From NCBI GenBank assembly GCA_034439715.1, contig JAWXAY010000110.1:1-18963 (forward strand): 18,963 bases of DNA, in the 5' to 3' direction. Below the pieces are notes generated by a model. It made no database searches. It was not told where the DNA came from and saw only the letters and a list, made by a program, of their open reading frames with translations. Made by a program: the position numbers and the translations under genes. Source of the stretch: Pseudomonadota bacterium. GTDB taxonomy: Bacteria > Bdellovibrionota > Bdellovibrionia > Bdellovibrionales > SG-bin7. Positions 15,706 through 18,963 of this stretch are shown one piece after another; position 1 is the first letter of the stretch, and each line of letters opens with the position of its first letter.

Positions 15706-16590
15706 CTAATGAAATACATTTTCCTTTAGCTTCATCAGTTGATTGTACCCATTAATGGCTTCTGCTTTGGTGCTTTTGTTAAATGTTTCTATGAGTTGGT
15801 CTTCAAACCCATAGCGCAGACTTACAACCTCTAAATCAGAACTACGGTACACGTCAGCCACCGCTTTGCAGTTGTGTTTTCGGTCGTCAATAAAGACAAT
15901 GGCGCGATAGTTTGTGTGTTTGGCTTTTACACCCAAAAAAGACTTGAGTGCTACGCCCTTATGAAGCCCCGCGGTTAAAAACACACCCTGTTTGTAATTC
16001 ACCTGCGGAACTTGTTTAGTGTTGGCTAATTCAACATCCTCTATTTCTAGCCCATAGTCAGAAGGGTGTGAGGGGTCATAGGGAATATAGTTGTACCCGG
16101 TATCACGTAAAACTGCGGGGCTAGTGGTTCCGATATTGTATTTGCTTTCCCTAAGGTGCTGTTCTGTGATGTCTCTAAAATTGGTCATCCTTGATGTGAG
16201 TACCATAACTGGAATTCGCTCGGCCTGAAGTTGTGAAACTAGGTGCGGAGTTTCTGGCTCGGGCGGGTGCATTCTCGAAAGCGTATATAATTGGAGTTGA
16301 ACATCCAGAATACCGACGACATCATTGGCTACTCTGTCTGTTACATCGCCGCTTTTGAGTTTTTCACTTTGCCAAGTAAACCAGTAGTCACTGCCGAGAC
16401 CCTGATTTAGTGAGAGAAGTGTACTGTCAATATCAAACACTACCAATACGTTTTTTGACCCGTACTTGCTCACTTGTTTTTTAATTTCTTGGTAGGCCTC
16501 ACTCATTCTTAATATCTCTTTTATCTCTGATTTGGCCCTAACTTCATTAAGACCTGTAATGCTAATTAATAAAAATAATAAAAACTTCAT
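15706..16590 (-). CDS. DUF2608-family secreted HAD-like hydrolase
   Basis: Signal peptide, HAD motifs VVFDIDSTL, LTSR, KG and FIDD. Confidence 0.85.
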   Translation of the reverse strand: MKFLLFLLISITGLNEVRAKSEIKEILRMSEAYQEIKKQVSKYGSKNVLVVFDIDSTLLSLNQGLGSDYWFTWQSEKLKSGDVTDRVANDVVGILDVQLQLYTLSRMHPPEPETPHLVSQLQAERIPVMVLTSRMTNFRDITEQHLRESKYNIGTTSPAVLRDTGYNYIPYDPSHPSDYGLEIEDVELANTKQVPQVNYKQGVFLTAGLHKGVALKSFLGVKAKHTNYRAIVFIDDRKHNCKAVADVYRSSDLEVVSLRYGFEDQLIETFNKSTKAEAINGYNQLMKLKENVFH

Positions 16591-16709
16591 TTAATCCCCC
16601 TTGGTTGAAGGGGAAACCTACATTAAATATGAATTAATTAAAAATTATATTATATTTATATAATAATAATAAAATATTAATATAGCAATTAAAATTAGTT
16701 AAATTGAGT

Positions 16710-17774
16710 TTATTTGGCGCCCAGACGCCAAAGCGAAGTGGTTTCGGCAGCTCGCGCCGTGTAAAGCGGATCGCTTTCGTCCCTGGTGCGAGGGTGAGCA
16801 GATGGGATGTCGGTTTTTCCTAAAATTTTGAGTCCTGCGTTTTCAATTGCCTTAAGAAGCTGATCTCGCGAACGCAGTCCTAGATGTTCCGCCAAATCTG
16901 AAAGTAGCAACCAACCTTCACCGTTTGGTTCTAAGTGGGAGGCAAGTCCATTTAGAAATCTCAACAACATTTGGCTATCGAGATCATAGATTGCATGTTC
17001 TAGAGGAGAGCTAGGCCGGGCCGGTATCCAAGGTGGGTTACAAACAATCAGAGGTGCACGCCCTTCAGGAAAAAGATCTGCCTGCACAACTGCGACTTGA
17101 TTTTTAAAGCCAAGACGATCGAGATTTTCTATGGCGCAAGTCAGGGCGCGAGGGTCTTGATCACTGGCAATAATGCGCGCTACGCCCCGCTTGGCCAGCA
17201 CTGCTGCCAGAACTCCTGTACCTGTTCCGACATCAAAGGCCAACGTTAGCGATGGCAGTGGCATTTCTGCAACCAAATTGACATACTCGCTTCGAACAGG
17301 CGCGAAGACACCATAGTGGGGATGGATGCGCTCGTTAAGTGCGGGGACAAACACGCCTTTTTTTCGCCATTCATGAGCGCCAATAATTCCCAACAATTCT
17401 CGTAGCGGTACTGTTGTCTGCTGCTGCTGTCCTTCCCTCAACCCGTAAGCCTCAGTGCAGGCTTTCTTAATATCGGGAGCGCGTGGCAAAAGAATTCGGT
17501 AATCGGCCTCGAGGGTTATCAGTAACTTATTTAAAATACGGGCGCGCTGAGATTGAAACTGACGATGAAGGTGAAAGACTTCAGCGAGCGACGAACCTTT
17601 TTTTGGGGACTTGCGATCTGTGCGCCGAGCCACTGCATTTAACAATTGTCGTGCGTTTTGAAAGTCACCCTGCCAAAGAAGTGCAGTGCCTTCGCTGGCC
17701 AGGCGATAGGCGGTGTCAGCAGGCATACTGTCGTCAGCCTCTACAATTTTTCCGCTCAATGGCAGCCGGGCCAT
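16710..17774 (-). CDS. Class I SAM-dependent methyltransferase (MTS/PrmC-like), N-terminus possibly truncated
   Basis: FDVGTGTGVL SAM-binding motif, CNPPW catalytic motif, and HPHYGVFAPVRSEY. The start overlaps the upstream gene and has a weak RBS. Confidence 0.85.
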   Translation of the reverse strand: MARLPLSGKIVEADDSMPADTAYRLASEGTALLWQGDFQNARQLLNAVARRTDRKSPKKGSSLAEVFHLHRQFQSQRARILNKLLITLEADYRILLPRAPDIKKACTEAYGLREGQQQQTTVPLRELLGIIGAHEWRKKGVFVPALNERIHPHYGVFAPVRSEYVNLVAEMPLPSLTLAFDVGTGTGVLAAVLAKRGVARIIASDQDPRALTCAIENLDRLGFKNQVAVVQADLFPEGRAPLIVCNPPWIPARPSSPLEHAIYDLDSQMLLRFLNGLASHLEPNGEGWLLLSDLAEHLGLRSRDQLLKAIENAGLKILGKTDIPSAHPRTRDESDPLYTARAAETTSLWRLGAK

Positions 17775-18958
17775 CCTGGCATCCCATTAGTCCCACCCTC
17801 TGATTCGTCGACAATGCGGGCCCATGAATTTAGCAGGGTAGATCTCACCGATTTAGCATGGGAATTTAAAATAAAGGGAGCGTGGTAGGATTCGTGCACC
17901 ATTTGAGGAAGTTCTTTTTTAACATCGTACTGATTCCAGTCTGTGCATAATACCGCGTCGGCGACCGCAACAGATTTCATAAAAGAACTGTTGGGATTGG
18001 CGACGTTGTAAAGTCGGCTCCACAGAGAGTCCTGATCGTTATCTTCGCCAATATCATTTAAGATTTTATTTCGTCGAAGTGCTTCGGGGTTTTTAGTACT
18101 TAGCTTTTCCCAGCTGCGATCAAGATTAAGAAGCCGTTTAGCGATGCCTTGTCCAAACAAAGATTCACCACCTTTTCGAGTTACATAAATAATATTTTCG
18201 CAGCCGGCCGCTTTTAGCACGAGAACGGGGTGAAGATCTGACCATCCCCCTGCAGAATAGGCGCCCTGATTGTTCACCTTCATAGGTTGAAAGGATGCCA
18301 AGCCCGGTTCGGCCGGTGACAAGCGGAGTACTTCGAGCCAAGTCGTTGAACCTAACCCCATAAACCGCGAACTTTTTTCGTCATTTTGATGATTCGATTT
18401 TAAATTACGCGAGATGGTTTGTAGAAGCTGATCTGGTCCCCAATAGCCGAATTTTAATTCTGAGGTGTTGCTGAGGACAAAGCGCTCTGCGACGCCGCGA
18501 TCTAAATTTTTATGGTAACTTTTATAGGCAAGACGCGCTTGCTGGTAGGCAGAGCCCACCAGTACAGAAGTCGTAGGTAGCGATGTGATGTGTTGCCCTA
18601 GAGGACGTAGCGCCACATTATCACCTGCTGAAAGCTTTTGATTCAAAAATGCCTGGTAATTTTTATTTAATAATTCCTGGCAGTGGGGATTTTGTTCTGT
18701 TAACTCCGCCCACGTCAGTTTCTGGTGGAGGGGTTCACAAGTAAGGGTGAACTTGTTAAATGCCTCTTGGGTTGCGACATTAGCTTTTTGTCCAGAGATA
18801 AAAGTAGCGATCTGTCCGAGCCCAAGTCCCAATTTTTTAAAATCGACAATGCCGTCGCGAAAAAAAATACTAGGATCACTTTCGGCATCAAACGCGCCAA
18901 TGGTTTTAAGGGCACGATTAAGTTCTTCAGTATAAAAATTTATTTTTTTATATAAAAT
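17756..18958 (-). CDS. Hypothetical protein, 5'-incomplete (possible distant patatin-like C-terminal half)
   Basis: The frame is open from 18958 (TAA at 18961-18959, inside an A/T-only terminal stretch). Coding-like sequence lies upstream of the TTG at 18832, with no RBS. AGGWSDLHP loosely resembles the patatin DGGxxDNxP motif. Confidence 0.7.
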   Translation of the reverse strand: MLYKKINFYTEELNRALKTIGAFDAESDPSIFFRDGIVDFKKLGLGLGQIATFISGQKANVATQEAFNKFTLTCEPLHQKLTWAELTEQNPHCQELLNKNYQAFLNQKLSAGDNVALRPLGQHITSLPTTSVLVGSAYQQARLAYKSYHKNLDRGVAERFVLSNTSELKFGYWGPDQLLQTISRNLKSNHQNDEKSSRFMGLGSTTWLEVLRLSPAEPGLASFQPMKVNNQGAYSAGGWSDLHPVLVLKAAGCENIIYVTRKGGESLFGQGIAKRLLNLDRSWEKLSTKNPEALRRNKILNDIGEDNDQDSLWSRLYNVANPNSSFMKSVAVADAVLCTDWNQYDVKKELPQMVHESYHAPFILNSHAKSVRSTLLNSWARIVDESEGGTNGMPGWPGCH

Positions 18959-18963
18959 TTATA

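Noticed and set aside
17483..18955. Plus-strand and alternative-frame ORFs over the last two genes
   Set aside because: Antisense or out-of-frame shadows of longer coding regions.

Overview
AT-rich bacterial window, probably from Bdellovibrionota. That assignment is inferred from an FQNC-type lipobox, DUF4360 and DUF2608 genes and many orphan secreted proteins. From left to right: (1) an AbiE-type (type IV) toxin-antitoxin/abortive-infection pair in inverted order (toxin first), with a 46-bp near-perfect palindrome holding a leaderless-type promoter; (2) an IPT/Kelch lipoprotein gene split by a frameshift in a C6 run; (3) a head-to-head junction of two 5'-truncated genes (GH3 hydrolase and Ig-repeat surface protein); (4) a lipoprotein, a histidine-kinase remnant and a 49-bp hairpin; (5) a phytochelatin-synthase-like protein; (6) several secreted hypotheticals around a 195-bp rod-like element with perfect 25-bp terminal inverted repeats; (7) two DUF4360 paralogues, a di-haem cytochrome c lipoprotein and a GlsB/YeaQ protein; (8) a LysR regulator that apparently starts at ATT, a DUF2608 HAD-like protein, a SAM methyltransferase and a 5'-incomplete hypothetical protein. 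Five sigma54-like -24/-12 motifs lie upstream of genes, four of them encoding exported proteins. No rRNA, tRNA, CRISPR array, transposase or integrase was seen. All family calls come from motif recognition by eye, not from database searches.
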